Of a stretch of 64,000 bases of DNA, positions 23,297 through 36,271 are shown one piece after another. Within the stretch, counting starts at the first letter, position 1. Every line of letters begins with the position of its first letter. The notes below the pieces were generated by a model. That model had not been told where the DNA came from, did not search any database, and was given only the letters and a program-made list of their open reading frames with translations. This DNA comes from Bispira polyomma (Eukaryota). The stretch is taken from contig OZ287750.1 of assembly GCA_965649765.1 (NCBI GenBank), forward strand, positions 13,764,001 through 13,828,000. Reading direction: 5' to 3'. Both the position numbers and the translations under genes were made by a program.

Positions 23297-24673
23297 TATG
23301 ATACCACTTTGATACACTTCTATCAAATACTATGTAACTTTCTTAACACTAATGGTGAAAGAAGCATATAAAGCTTTGTTGTCTTGTCCACGAAAATATA
23401 AAGCTGTTACACTTTTAGGTGTAACTACTCTACTCACGTGTTTGTGGTCATTTTATATATATTTATATATATATATATATATGAAATAAGTACAAGCAGT
23501 TCCAATTATTCCATCAGAGTAGTAGTTATGTTGGTGATCTTTCCTTATTTGTATATCTGTCACCCTGAATTCATTTTGTTACCACCATATAACAATGTGT
23601 AATGTGTGTGACAAGTATATCTGCCTCTTTTTATTGTTTATCTCTTCTCTATGTGTACAGAAATTACAGCCCACATTTGTAACTATATACACATAGGTTT
23701 CAACCACATATCTGTTGACAAATGCCTTGTTTAAAGTAGAACAACAATGACAATTTATACAACAAGCTGACTCACTATATCTATAATTGACAGTGGTTTC
23801 CGATTTTAACTCCTTTATTTGAAGTTTTTAAAAGATATGTATTTATCAATGTTAAAACAAAGGAACGTGACATAAGCTAGATAACGTCTGTTAACTTTTC
23901 ACACAATTTTTTTTCAAAATTTACTGATAGTGTATAATAGGATACAACAATGAAATCATATTTTACAAACTCAAATAGACTGTTAACTAGATGACTTCAG
24001 CTAATCAATTTACTTCCTTTCAACTGTGGTTGACTCTTTATTGTAACATATTTTAAGTTTGTGATGTCAAACATCTAGTTTTATTAGTGTCTATTAAGCA
24101 TTTTATTTCAAAAGCACCATATTACATAATTCAGCAGTATTTAACCTTTTGTGTTTAGCATTTATTGTATATATATATATATATCCAACAGTAAAAAATC
24201 CAGGAGATCAATTAGTTACAGCTACACATGTAACTCAATGCCTCTTTCGAGGTGCCACTAAACTACTAGAACTGAATTTTTAAAGTGGATTTCACTAAAG
24301 TTCAAACTTTTTAATCCCCCGGGGGTTTCCTTTTCCCCCTGCATACAAACACACAGTTACATACACACACTAACTACATATAGTAGATATTTTGCAGAAG
24401 ATACCCAACAGTGATCTTTCCGACAGCTGTAATCACAGAAGGCAGGAGGGGAACCCAGTTCTATATGCACAAATTATTCCTGATCTTCCCCCCAATATTA
24501 CTCCTCCCTTTCTCCCCATTGGCCCTACTGCAAAATGCTGTGTTGTGTGGTGTGTGTGTAGATTGACTGAACTGCAGTTACATCTGAAATAACATTTATT
24601 ATGCTTCATATCTAACAGCAGCTGCTCTTAAACAGACGATAGTGAAATAGAAAAAAAAAAATCAACAGTTTTA

Positions 24674-25273
24674 TGGCTCGGTCACATTGGGTACTTTTTT
24701 AGTTTACGTTTATTTCGATTTGTGAATTTATAAAACGTAAGCAAGCGAAGAATAAACTAAGTGAAACAAAAGCGTAACAAAAAATTTATGTCTGAGATGT
24801 TTTGTTCAGGTATTCGTCCTGTATTGGTAGTTGTTTCAACTACGTTTATGACGTTAACCATGTTTTTTAATACATTTAGATGTATTCGATACAATTACAT
24901 CGCGCATTTCATTACATTTTAATCTTGTTTGGCATGTTTTAAATACATTATATTTACTTTACTTAGGTCTTTGACATTTCTGGTACATTTTGATGATGCT
25001 TTGGATGTATATTATGTCTTAGTGTCGTCTTTTACGTTCATATACACAGTGATGATGTGTCAGACATGTCATACGTTTTGCCCCTAACGCAGGAACCGTT
25101 TCAGTGGAGATTGGTAAAGGCAGCTTTAAATGTAGTTTATTTTCGTGCTGCAATTTTTGAGTTGCACAAACATATCCCCTACGCATTATATATTTATTAC
25201 GCAAATACTTTCATTTTATCTCCTGTTTGATTTTTGTGTGTAATCAAAATGGAAGCCCAGTGTGACTGAGCCA
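24674..25273. mobile_element. PIF/Harbinger-like MITE (600 bp)
   Basis: tta|tggctcggtcacattggg .. cccagtgtgactgagcca|tta; TTA TSD. Confidence 0.8.
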
Positions 25274-25334
25274 TTAGAGAAGAAGCAGCAAGAGAGAGAA
25301 GAAAACAACACTATTTCTGGTGACCTCTAAAAGT

Positions 25335-25470
25335 TTCCGGGATATGGTTTGCTGGCCGCCGGAATAATTGAAATAATTCCAACGGGTGTTGCGACCGTTA
25401 CTTCGTTACTTTCAGCAGTGCTCGCACGTGCGTGTGTGCGCGCGCCGCTTTCGCGAGCACGCGCAGTTGG
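25335..25470. promoter_or_regulatory. CpG-rich island, candidate promoter of the receptor gene
   Basis: Dense CpG (gctcgcacgtgcgtgtgtgcgcgcgccgctttcgcgagcacgcgc) in an AT-rich, CpG-poor background, ~2.1 kb upstream of the ATG. Includes a CACGTG E-box. Confidence 0.45.
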
Positions 25471-26448
25471 TATTACCTCTGTTTAGTCCAGTTTATAATG
25501 ATAAACTCTTTTTGAGTACACAAAGAAACTACACATTCCTCGTTATAAAAACCTGAGGGTTTTCCTATGTATAGAAAACTGCGTTAGTAGTATGTAGTAG
25601 TAGATTCTATTAGAAAGAAAATGTTTGGGTATAAAAGAGAAAATGTGTAAAATCAGAGATCTAGAAAATAGTGTGTGTACTAGCTTATGGACGTGTTATG
25701 TACAACGACTCTAATGACTTCCCCACAGGTTTTTATCGTTTGGCCAATGAAGGGAAGTAGTCAATTTGCTAGCTTCCAAGGAGGCGGGGATTGAGTGAGA
25801 AGGGACCATGGGGGTGATGAAATGGTGAGGGGGAGGAAGGGTACTAGGCAATCGTGTAATATTTTTTCTTTCTCATTTCTTTTTTTCTAGAAAACATAAT
25901 GTGTGTGTAGAAAAAACCCACACCTTAATTTCCACTCAAAATGTAAAATTATCTAATGTAATACCGGAAGTAGTGTTCCAACATCCATGAAATTCTATTT
26001 AATAACAAATCCGACTTTCAGTTGTTTTCCCTCCGATTTATTTATTTTCGTTTTCATAGTCCTATTTATACAAACAAGACCATATATCCTGTCTATTCAT
26101 CTGTTACTGGGAAAATGCGAAGCCTTAAAACTTCATTATGATATTATATTTAATTAACTTGTTTATGTAATTTTTTTTTATGCATTTCTGTTCGTTGGAA
26201 AGATTTATAATAAAGGCCAAGCCTTAATATTAAAGTCTACTAATTCCTTATCAGCCAAGTTTTAGATTTAGGAGACTGTGGGGCTTCTTAGATAAGGTGT
26301 ACTACATTCCCCACTAGCTTGAAGCAGTTTGCTCCAAGAAATCATTATTCTGTGGGTCAGAAGGCTACCATTTGTTACATTTTCCATCGTTACAGCCTCA
26401 CTTTTCTTCAGTTTTTTTCTGTTAAAGTTTCAACTCCTTACCTCAGGG

Positions 26449-26487
<39 letters not shown>

Positions 26488-27581
26488 ACCGTCACTTTCT
26501 GTGTGATTCATGAATATAAATGTTGTGTTAAGATAACCATATATTTTTATTGTGAAAGTGATTTAACTGCTGATAAAAATATCATATGACAAAATACGTT
26601 GGCTATCAATCAGAATATAAATTCTATGGTCCCTAAAGTAACACAGTTAAATGTGACTAATTTTTTTTTTTTTTTTTTTTGTGGATAGGAAAAAAAAACC
26701 TTCTGTTTTTTTTTTCTCCAGAAATGTGAATATATCAACACTGAGGTAATAAAAAGCAACATATGAATAATTCTTTCCTGCGATATAGTCTTATAGTTAG
26801 ACATCCTGTTTTTTTGAAAATGTGTCATTTCTACATATTTATGTGATGTTTTTACTCCACTGTAACTTACTGGTATATGCACAGAACCCATTTGTAGGTT
26901 GAGTAAACTATATGCAAAGAAAGAAAAGGCAGTTTTACTACAAACAACGTAAATACAAACAAAACAGCTCTTTCTTGGTTCTATTTACCAGTACACAATT
27001 TTTTCTGGGTTATTATTTTTTTGGGACTTAGTATTTTTTTTTGATACGGTGAACAGAAGTACAGATACATCAATCAGGAAGCCTCAATGGTCTAACAATA
27101 ACCTGAACTTAGAAAAAACAATTAAGAAATAATATATATACATACATATATATATATAACTATACCTCATTCATACAATCTAACTTTTATTTTTGGACAT
27201 AAATTTTCTTGGTTTAACCTTATACACGAATAATCATTCAGAGTATATTATTAATAGTACATTATTATTAAGCTTGTGGAACGAAAAAAATCCATCCAGA
27301 GACGTAAGTTTGAGAATTAAGTGAAGTAAGGAAAGGATTGCTCCCCAGACCAAATCATCATGGATCTAACTGATTTAGACCATCAGAATCATGATCCTTC
27401 ATTCTACCTCTCCTTTCAAGTCTTTGTCCTAAATCTGTTCTCTGTTTATGTGTTTTTATTATATATTTTTTGTACTAAAAAAAAGAGGAGGAGGCAAAAA
27501 AATACTCACAAAAGGAGAGCTCTTTTAAAGTAAATAAAATTTTGTACATATACATGTATATTTATATCCAAATCTTTTCGA

Positions 27582-27750
27582 GTGATCCCCTGTGGTCCTG
27601 TGGTTAGAAAGTTGGTCTACTGATCAGAAGGTCCCGGGTTTAACTCTTGGTACTGGCTGCTAGTTTTATTTGGTAGAATAACATTCGCGGGCAAGATGTG
27701 AACATTGCCTAGTATCTCGGATGACCACTTAAAATGACGATCCTGTTTTG
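27582..27750 (+). mobile_element. tRNA-SINE family A, 3'-truncated
   Basis: gtgatcccctgtggtcctgtggttag..gggtttaactc..ctcggatgaccacttaaaatg. Confidence 0.75.
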
Positions 27751-28282
27751 GAGATCACAGGGTGACTGTTACACACATGCGACACGGCAGGGCGATCTTT
27801 TTTTCAATATTGTTGGGCTAGTTCACCATCGCTGCGAACAGCGGGGGCACACTAGGTGGTACATGACCCAGGGGTTTTCCACTCTAAACTTGATCACGGG
27901 GCAATCACTGGTGATCTGCATTGCTTAAGCATCATGCATAAAACTCTATACAACATCCACAAAGTGGGACCTAGTCTTAACACAAATTTTAACATGTATG
28001 TTCACAATATATTCTGGGAGTACTCCTACCACCCCCCCACCCCCCCCCCCCTCCTTTTTTACAAAATCCTGGATCCGCCTTAAAACTCGATTCTAAGAAT
28101 AGAACTCCAATGTGTCAGGATATTTGGCAATAGTCCTGTAAATTTGGAAGTTAATATTCTGTTTCAGCCCACGACAGAATAAGTCCATGTAAGATATATA
28201 ATCACATATGCTAAGAATGTGTAATGCTAAACGATAAGCTACAATCAATGTAATATGAATATTGTATTTTTCTCTATTCTGT

Positions 28283-31200
28283 ACTTACCTCAGTGTCTTG
28301 TATACTCAGTACAGTATCTATTTTATATTTAGCTAGTGTCTTGTATACTCAGTACAATATCTATTCTATATTTAGGTAGTGTCTTGTATAAACAGTACAG
28401 TGTGTATTGTATATTTACCTCAGTGTCTTATATAGTCAGTACAGTGTGTATTGTATATTTAACTCAGTGTCTTGTATACTCAGTACAGTATCTATTGTAT
28501 ATTTAGCTCAGTATCTTGTATACTCAGTACAGTATCTATGGTATTTTGGCTCAGTGTCTTGTATACTCAGTACAGTATCTATTGTATATTTAGCTCAGTG
28601 TCTTGTATACTCAGTACAGTATCTATTGTATATTTACCTCAGTGTCTTGTATAATCAGTACAGTGTGTATTGTATATTTAACTCAGTGTCTTGTATACTC
28701 AGTACAGTATCTATTGTATATTTAGCTCAGTATCTTGTATACTCAGTACAGTATCTATTGTATATTTAGCTCAGTGTCTTGTATACTCAGTACAGTATAT
28801 ATTCTATATTTAACTCAGTGTCTTGTATAATCAGTACAGTGTGTATTGTATATTTAACTCAGTGTCTTGTATACTCAGTACAGTATCTATTGTATATTTA
28901 GCTCAGTATCTTGTATACTCAGTACAGTATCTATTGTATATTTAGCTCAGTATCTTGTATACTCAGTACAGTATCTATGGTATTTTGGCTCAGTGTCTTG
29001 TATACTCAGTACAGTATCTATTGTATATTTAGCTCAGTGTCTTGTATACTCAGTACAGTATCTATTGTATATTTACCTCAGTGTCTTGTATAATCAGTAC
29101 AGTGTGTATTGTATATTTAACTCAGTGTCTTGTATACTCAGTACAGTATCTATTGTATATTTAGCTCAGTATCTTGTATACTCAGTACAGTATCTATTGT
29201 ATATTTAGCTCAGTGTCTTGTATACTCAGTACAGTATATATTCTATATTTAACTCAGTGTCTTGTATAATCAGTACAGTGTGTATTGTATATTTAACTCA
29301 GTGTCTTGTATACTCAGTACAGTATCTATTGTATATTTAGCTCAGTATCTTGTATACTCAGTACAGTATCTATTGTATATTTAGCTCAGTGTCTTATATA
29401 CTCAGTACAGTATATATTCTATATTTAACTCAGCAACTTGTATACTCAGTACAGTATCTATTGTATATTTAGCTCAGTATCTTGTATACTCAGTACAGTA
29501 TCTATTGTATATTTAGCTCAGTATCTTGTATACTCAGTACAGTATCTATTGTATATTTAGCTCAGAGTCTTGTATAATCAGTACAGTGTGTATTGTATAT
29601 TTAACTCAGTATCTTGTATACTCAGTACAGTATCTATTGTATATTTAGCTCAGTATCTTGTATACTCAGTACAGTATCTATTGTATATTTACCTCAGTGT
29701 CTTGTATAATCAGTACAGTGTGTATTGTATATTTAACTCAGTGTCTTGTATACTCAGTACAGTATCTATTGTATATTTAGCTCAGTATCTTGTATACTCA
29801 GTACAGTATCTATTGTATATTTAGCTCAGTGTCTTGTATACTCAGTACAGTATATATTCTATATTTAACTCAGTGTCTTGTATAATCAGTACAGTGTGTA
29901 TTGTATATTTAACTCAGTGTCTTGTATACTCAGTACAGTATCTATTGTATATTTAGCTCAGTATCTTGTATACTCAGTACAGTATCTATTGTATATTTAG
30001 CTCAGTGTCTTATATACTCAGTACAGTATATATTCTATATTTAACTCAGCAACTTGTATACTCAGTACAGTATCTATTGTATATTTAGCTCAGTATCTTG
30101 TATACTCAGTACAGTATCTATTGTATATTTAGCTCAGTATCTTGTATACTCAGTACAGTATCTATTGTATATTTAGCTCAGAGTCTTATATACTCAGTAC
30201 AGTATATATTCTATATTTAACTCAGCAACTTGTATACTCAGTACAGTATCTATTATATATTTAGCTCAGTATCTTGTATACTCAGTACAGTATCTATTGT
30301 ATATTTAGCTCAGTGTCTTGTATACTCAGTACAGTATATATTCTATATTTAACTCAGTGTCTTGTATAATCAGTACAGTGTGTATTGTATATTTAACTCA
30401 GTGTCTTGTATACTCAGTACAGTATCTATTGTATATTTAGCTCAGTATCTTGTATACTCAGTACAGTATCTATTGTATATTTAGCTCAGTGTCTTATATA
30501 CTCAGTACAGTATATATTCTATATTTAACTCAGCAACTTGTATACTCAGTACAGTATCTATTGTATATTTAGCTCAGTATCTTGTATACTCAGTACAGTA
30601 TCTATTGTATATTTAGCTCAGTATCTTGTATACTCAGTACAGTATCTATTGTATATTTAGCTCAGAGTCTTGTATAATCAGTACAGTGTGTATTGTATAT
30701 TTAACTCAGTATCTTGTATACTCAGTACAGTATCTATTGTATATTTAGCTCAGTATCTTGTATACTCAGTACAGTATCTATTGTATATTTAGCTCAGTGT
30801 CTTGTATAATCAGTACAGTGTGTATTGTATATTTAACTCAGTGTCTTGTATACTCAGTACAGTATCTATTGTATATTTAGCTCAGTATCTTGTATACTCA
30901 GTACAGTATCTATTGTATATTTAGCTCAGTGTCTTGTATACTCAGTACAGTATATATTCTATATTTAACTCAGTGTCTTGTATAATCAGTACAGTGTGTA
31001 TTGTATATTTAACTCAGTGTCTTGTATACTCAGTACAGTATCTATTGTATATTTAGCTCAGTATCTTGTATACTCAGTACAGTATATATTCTATATTTAA
31101 CTCAGTGTCTTGTATAATCAGTACAGTGTGTATTGTATATTTAACTCAGTGTCTTGTATACTCAGTACAGTATCTATTGTATATTTAGCTCAGTATCTTG

Positions 31201-32728
31201 TATACTCAGTACAGTATCTATTGTATATTTAGCTCAGTGTCTTATATACTCAGTACAGTATATATTCTATATTTAACTCAGCAACTTGTATACTCAGTAC
31301 AGTATCTATTGTATATTTAGCTCAGTATCTTGTATACTCAGTACAGTATCTATTGTATATTTAGCTCAGTATCTTGTATACTCAGTACAGTATCTATTGT
31401 ATATTTAGCTCAGAGTCTTGTATAATCAGTACAGTGTGTATTGTATATTTAACTCAGTATCTTGTATACTCAGTACAGTATCTATTGTATATTTAGCTCA
31501 GTATCTTGTATACTCAGTACAGTATCTATTGTATATTTAGCTCAGTGTCTTGTATAATCAGTACAGTGTGTATTGTATATTTAACTCAGTGTCTTGTATA
31601 CTCAGTACAGTATCTATTGTATATTTAGCTCAGTATCTTGTATACTCAGTACAGTATCTATTGTATATTTAGCTCAGTGTCTTGTATACTCAGTACAGTA
31701 TATATTCTATATTTAACTCAGTGTCTTGTATAATCAGTACAGTGTGTATTGTATATTTAACTCAGTGTCTTGTATACTCAGTACAGTATCTATTGTATAT
31801 TTAGCTCAGTATCTTGTATACTCAGTACAGTATCTATTGTATATTTAGCTCAGTGTCTTATATACTCAGTACAGTATATATTCTATATTTAACTCAGCAA
31901 CTTGTATACTCAGTACAGTATCTATTGTATATTTAGCTCAGTATCTTGTATACTCAGTACAGTATCTATTGTATATTTAGCTCAGTATCTTGTATACTCA
32001 GTACAGTATCTATTGTATATTTAGCTCAGAGTCTTATATACTCAGTACAGTATATATTCTATATTTAACTCAGCAACTTGTATACTCAGTACAGTATCTA
32101 TTATATATTTAGCTCAGTATCTTGTATACTCAGTACAGTATCTATTGTATATTTAGCTCAGTGTCTTGTATACTCAGTACAGTATATATTCTATATTTAA
32201 CTCAGTGTCTTGTATAATCAGTACAGTGTGTATTGTATATTTAACTCAGTGTCTTGTATACTCAGTACAGTATCTATTGTATATTTAGCTCAGTATCTTG
32301 TATACTCAGTACAGTATCTATTGTATATTTAGCTCAGTGTCTTATATACTCAGTACAGTATATATTCTATATTTAACTCAGCAACTTGTATACTCAGTAC
32401 AGTATCTATTGTATATTTAGCTCAGTATCTTGTATACTCAGTACAGTATCTATTGTATATTTAGCTCAGTGTCTTGTATACTCAGTACAGTATCTATTGT
32501 ATATTTAGCTCAGTATCTTGTATACTCAGTACAGTATCTATTGTATATTTAGCTCAGTGTCTTGTATACTCAGTACAGTATCTATTGTATATTTAGCTCA
32601 GTATCTTGTATACTCAGTACAGTATCTATTGTATATTTAGCTCAGTGTCTTGTATACTCAGTACAGTATATATTCTATATTTAACTCAGCATCTTGTATA
32701 CTCAGTACAGTATCTCAGTACAGTATCT
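28283..32728. repeat. 44-bp satellite array (~100 copies) with higher-order structure
   Basis: Unit agctcagtatcttgtatactcagtacagtatctattgtatattt. Variant markers repeat at 439-bp and 1848-bp offsets. Confidence 0.97.
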
Positions 32729-33360
32729 TTTTAAAATAATAAGTAATATATTTAGCTAAAAAGTAATTAGCTTTCATACAAAGAATAAAAGAATGGTGGC
32801 AAAAAGCAAGTACTTGCTCCAAGAGGCATTGCAGGAGATCTTTTTTAATTAAGAAGAAATCAACGCCAAACTGGAGCTCTTCTCATATTTTCTATTTTAG
32901 CCCCAATCCCCCCCCCCCCCCCCACCCCCCTCCCAAAGAAAAAAGAAAAATAGAAGAAGAAAAACAAGCTCCCCATATCTCTTCTGGTTCTCAAATTTAT
33001 CTCTGTCAGGCAGGAGGAAATGAATATAAACAAAAAAAATTTTTTTTTTTCTGAATAAAAACAAAAACAAAAATGCAAGAATAATTCTTGTTTAACGTTT
33101 GTGTTTTACAAAGCTAAAAATACAGAGAAGCAGGGAAGCAAAAAATTGATTTATTTAGTAAGTAAAGTTGAAAAGCAAGTTTTTTTAATTTGACAAGTTT
33201 ATGGCTCTAGCTTATGAATATTAGCTTATTAAAATTAAAACTAGATCTTTATAAAACTCGGTATGACATAACATAATAATACATATATAGTATCTTGAAT
33301 GAAAATATATAGTCGGTGCATTGTATATCGAGGACGTAAGTAAGCGAGCGCATAGTAAGT

Positions 33361-33635
33361 GTAATCCCCGTGGTCTAGTGGTTAGGGTGTTGGTTCGATG
33401 ATCAGAAGGTCTCCAGTTCTATTCCCGGTACCGCCGCTAGTTTCATTTGGTGGGATAACATCCTTAGACAAGATGTGAACACAAGTTTGCCTATTGGCTC
33501 GGATAAAAACTTAAAATGGCTGTCCTCTGTCATTGAGTAATATCTCCAGTGGCAGAATAAAGATCCTTGGGGACGAAGAGCAAGCCTCGGCGAACACAAG
33601 TTTAACATGTTGTATAAGTGCACTATCACAAATAT
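33361..33635 (+). mobile_element. tRNA-SINE family A
   Basis: A box tggtctagtgg, B-like agttctattcc, shared core and gcactatcacaaat tail; internally deleted. Confidence 0.8.
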
Positions 33636-34084
33636 CTTTTATAGTAAGTGACAGCAAAAATTAATAATATGTTACAAAAAACAGATGCATTTTAATACAC
33701 CAATGGTTTATATTGCGCTTGATTATACAAACAATATTTTTATTTTCTACCAATAAAAATTATCATTTTGCATATTTGAAACAAACGAGAAACGCCAATC
33801 CTCGAATTCGGATGCTCTTCAATATCTTATGCACTGACCATAATAAAAATTAATATTTTTGATATACTTAAGCTTAACAGAAGGCTAGGTCTACCCACAT
33901 ATATATTTAAACACATGTATTTTATTGTAGATTTGCTTCAGGTTTTTTTTCATTATAAAATTACCCCCAAATTAAAATAATAGTACAGCAATTTTGCACA
34001 TAGTATACTCGCTCTTTATCATCAAACCTACTACAAACAGTTGCATTCTAAAATTATATGTGGCTGAAATAAATGGGGATATTT

Positions 34085-34430
34085 GTTGCATCATATGTTA
34101 TATATAAAAGAAATGATATATTACTCCAAGGGAATCATTTTCATCGAGGGTAGCTACTTTATGTGCAGTACACTGCCGAAAATGTCCTCCCATTTCAATG
34201 AAAGTTACAGTTGTCCACAACACAGCATTAACGTTTTGTCTCTGAATACTTATTAAGGGTATTTGCTATATGTTATTATATATATATATATGTTACATAT
34301 AAATGAAATGATATATTACTCCAAGTGAGTAATTTACCTCGAGGGTAGCTATTTTAAATACAGTAAACTGCCCAAATTGTTTCCATTTCAATAAAGTTAC
34401 AGTTGTGTGCAACCCAACAATAACATTATA
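34085..34430. repeat. diverged ~195-bp tandem duplication
   Basis: gaaatgatatattactccaag..cgagggtagcta..aagttacagttgt occurs near 34110 and 34305. Confidence 0.7.
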
Positions 34431-34687
34431 TCAATGAGTTCAATGTACCTTGCATGGGTACTTTAGTTAGTTTTACTCTGTGAAAAGGTAAGACTTGAGT
34501 GATATTTTAAACTTGATCTATGGTTTAAATTTTGTGTTTGGGTTCTAAAATTCATCTTTTGACATAATTTATCCAACTGACTTAAGAAGGAACTTTGAAA
34601 TGAAAACAAAAAATTATGCTTTATTAACATTTATATATAATTAATTAGATGCAAATAAGGGCAGATATCGGAGAAGCCCTCACTCAG

Positions 34688-35390
34688 AATTGTAATTGTA
34701 ATTAGACTTTATTGCGCTTAATCTCCCCTTAACGAATGGGAACAAAAGGCATAACAGCACAAAAGACGGTAATTCAATGTCAACATCCAGGGACAGAAAA
34801 ACGGTCAAGCACCACAGACAACGCCAGGGGATGATTAGGACTTAGGTGGGTATGCTTTGGTGTACAAGTGGGTTTTAAGCTGCTTTCTAAAAGAGGCTAG
34901 TGAGGGAAAAGCACAAATCACACCAGGAAGAGCATTCTAAACAATGGGAGCGTCAAAAGCAAAGCTATGACCAAACTATTTAACTGACTTTTGAGTAGAC
35001 GGGTGGAACTTTGAAACTACAAGGAAATTACCACCACTCTGACTGCGCCTGGTATTGTAGGAACTACTGTAAATGGAAAGATATGGGGCAAAATACTTTG
35101 GAAAACTAGTGTGAAGAAACTTATAAACAAGTGTGGCTGTTTTAAACAGTGAGCGCTGTTCAACAGGAAGCCAATGCAATTTCTTGAGAACAGGATTTAT
35201 ACTGGTGTATCGACTGGCATTAGACACAATTCTAGCTGCACTATTGTGAATGCATTGTATTTTGCGTAAATTGAACTTTGAGAGACTTCTGAAAAGTGAA
35301 TTGCAGTAATCCAATTGGCTACTGACAAAAGCATTGGTAAAAAGTATAAAAGCATCATAAGCGAGAAATTGGCTGACACGTCTAAAGTAT
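34688..35390 (-). mobile_element. 5'-truncated L2-clade LINE (ORF2 C-terminus, 3' UTR, tail)
   Basis: SQLDYCNSLF..NSAARIV..LHWLPV..FKTATLVYK..FRKQLKTHLY are L2 C-terminal motifs, with in-frame stops. Ends gattaagcgcaataaag + (tacaat)n. Confidence 0.9.
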
Positions 35391-36017
35391 AGACGAGTAG
35401 ATATGTGTGCACTAAAATTCAGCACAAAGACCTTGTTTTTACTTTCCAAGTATAAAGTGGTATCACTTTTATGCATGTATTTAGAAACTTTAATGAACAC
35501 AGTGGATTTGTCTCACATTCTAGGATTGTCTCAAGGCTAATTGCGAATTGTAAGTAAAATTAAAATAACATAAAACTTAGATTTACACTCTTAGCTGTAA
35601 ATTTAACTTCGTTGAAGAATTCCAGTGGTAGTGGTAATATTCCTTGCAGTTGTGGTGGGGTTCAAATCTCAGCCGTGCAAGGCATGTACGAAATGTTGGC
35701 AGTAAGAGTTACCTAACCCATTGTTCAGACTATAAAATTTAGCTGGATTGACCAGGACGGGTTGAAGTAGATAGCCCGTCTGAATGATCACAATCTGGAT
35801 CAATCCGGTCCAGAAAGAATTCTATGGCAGAGGTGCTGAAAAGATTCACAAACTAATCTGTACTGGTCTTCCTCCAACAGTTGTTAACTGATGATTGTAT
35901 TTTGTTGTAATCAGATTTATACTCAGCACATATATCTACCTTCGTCTGGTGTTCAGAGTGCTAATAAACCCTTTCCTGACTGCAACAGTCAACTGCCTCA
36001 GTTACTGTTATTCCCTT

Positions 36018-36271
36018 AAGTGAAGAAAGAGACTTGAGGATGACCATTTATCAACGTCTCCAAGGATCTTTAGCATGCCACTGGGGATAGGGCCCAGTGA
36101 CAGAGGACAGCCATTTTAAGTGGTCATCCGAGCCCCTAGGCAAACGTGCGTGTACATATTTTGCTCAAGGATGTTATCTCCACCAAATGAAACTAGCGAT
36201 CGGTACCGGAAATTAAACCCTGGGCCTTTGGATCAACAGACCAACACCCTAACTACTGGACCAGGGGGATC
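36018..36271 (-). mobile_element. chimeric SINE: family-A head with family-B body and tail
   Basis: Head like 22140-22269; gggccctatccccagt and the tctctttcttcactt tail like 54725-54810. Confidence 0.75.

Noticed and set aside
28283-32728. CRISPR array, or coding repeat ORFs (28407-29824)
   Set aside because: Head-to-tail 44-bp units with no unique spacers and no cas genes, in a eukaryotic context. 44 is not a multiple of 3, and the ORFs are repeat artefacts.
33361-33440. tRNA genes here and at 22190-22269, 22338, 39045, 44008 and 54612
   Set aside because: The A/B boxes continue into shared SINE bodies and tails and do not form convincing cloverleaves; these are SINE heads.
34976-35500. 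Functional RT gene (also 46193-46828)
   Set aside because: Truncated L2 fragments with stops and frameshifts; the RT catalytic core is absent.
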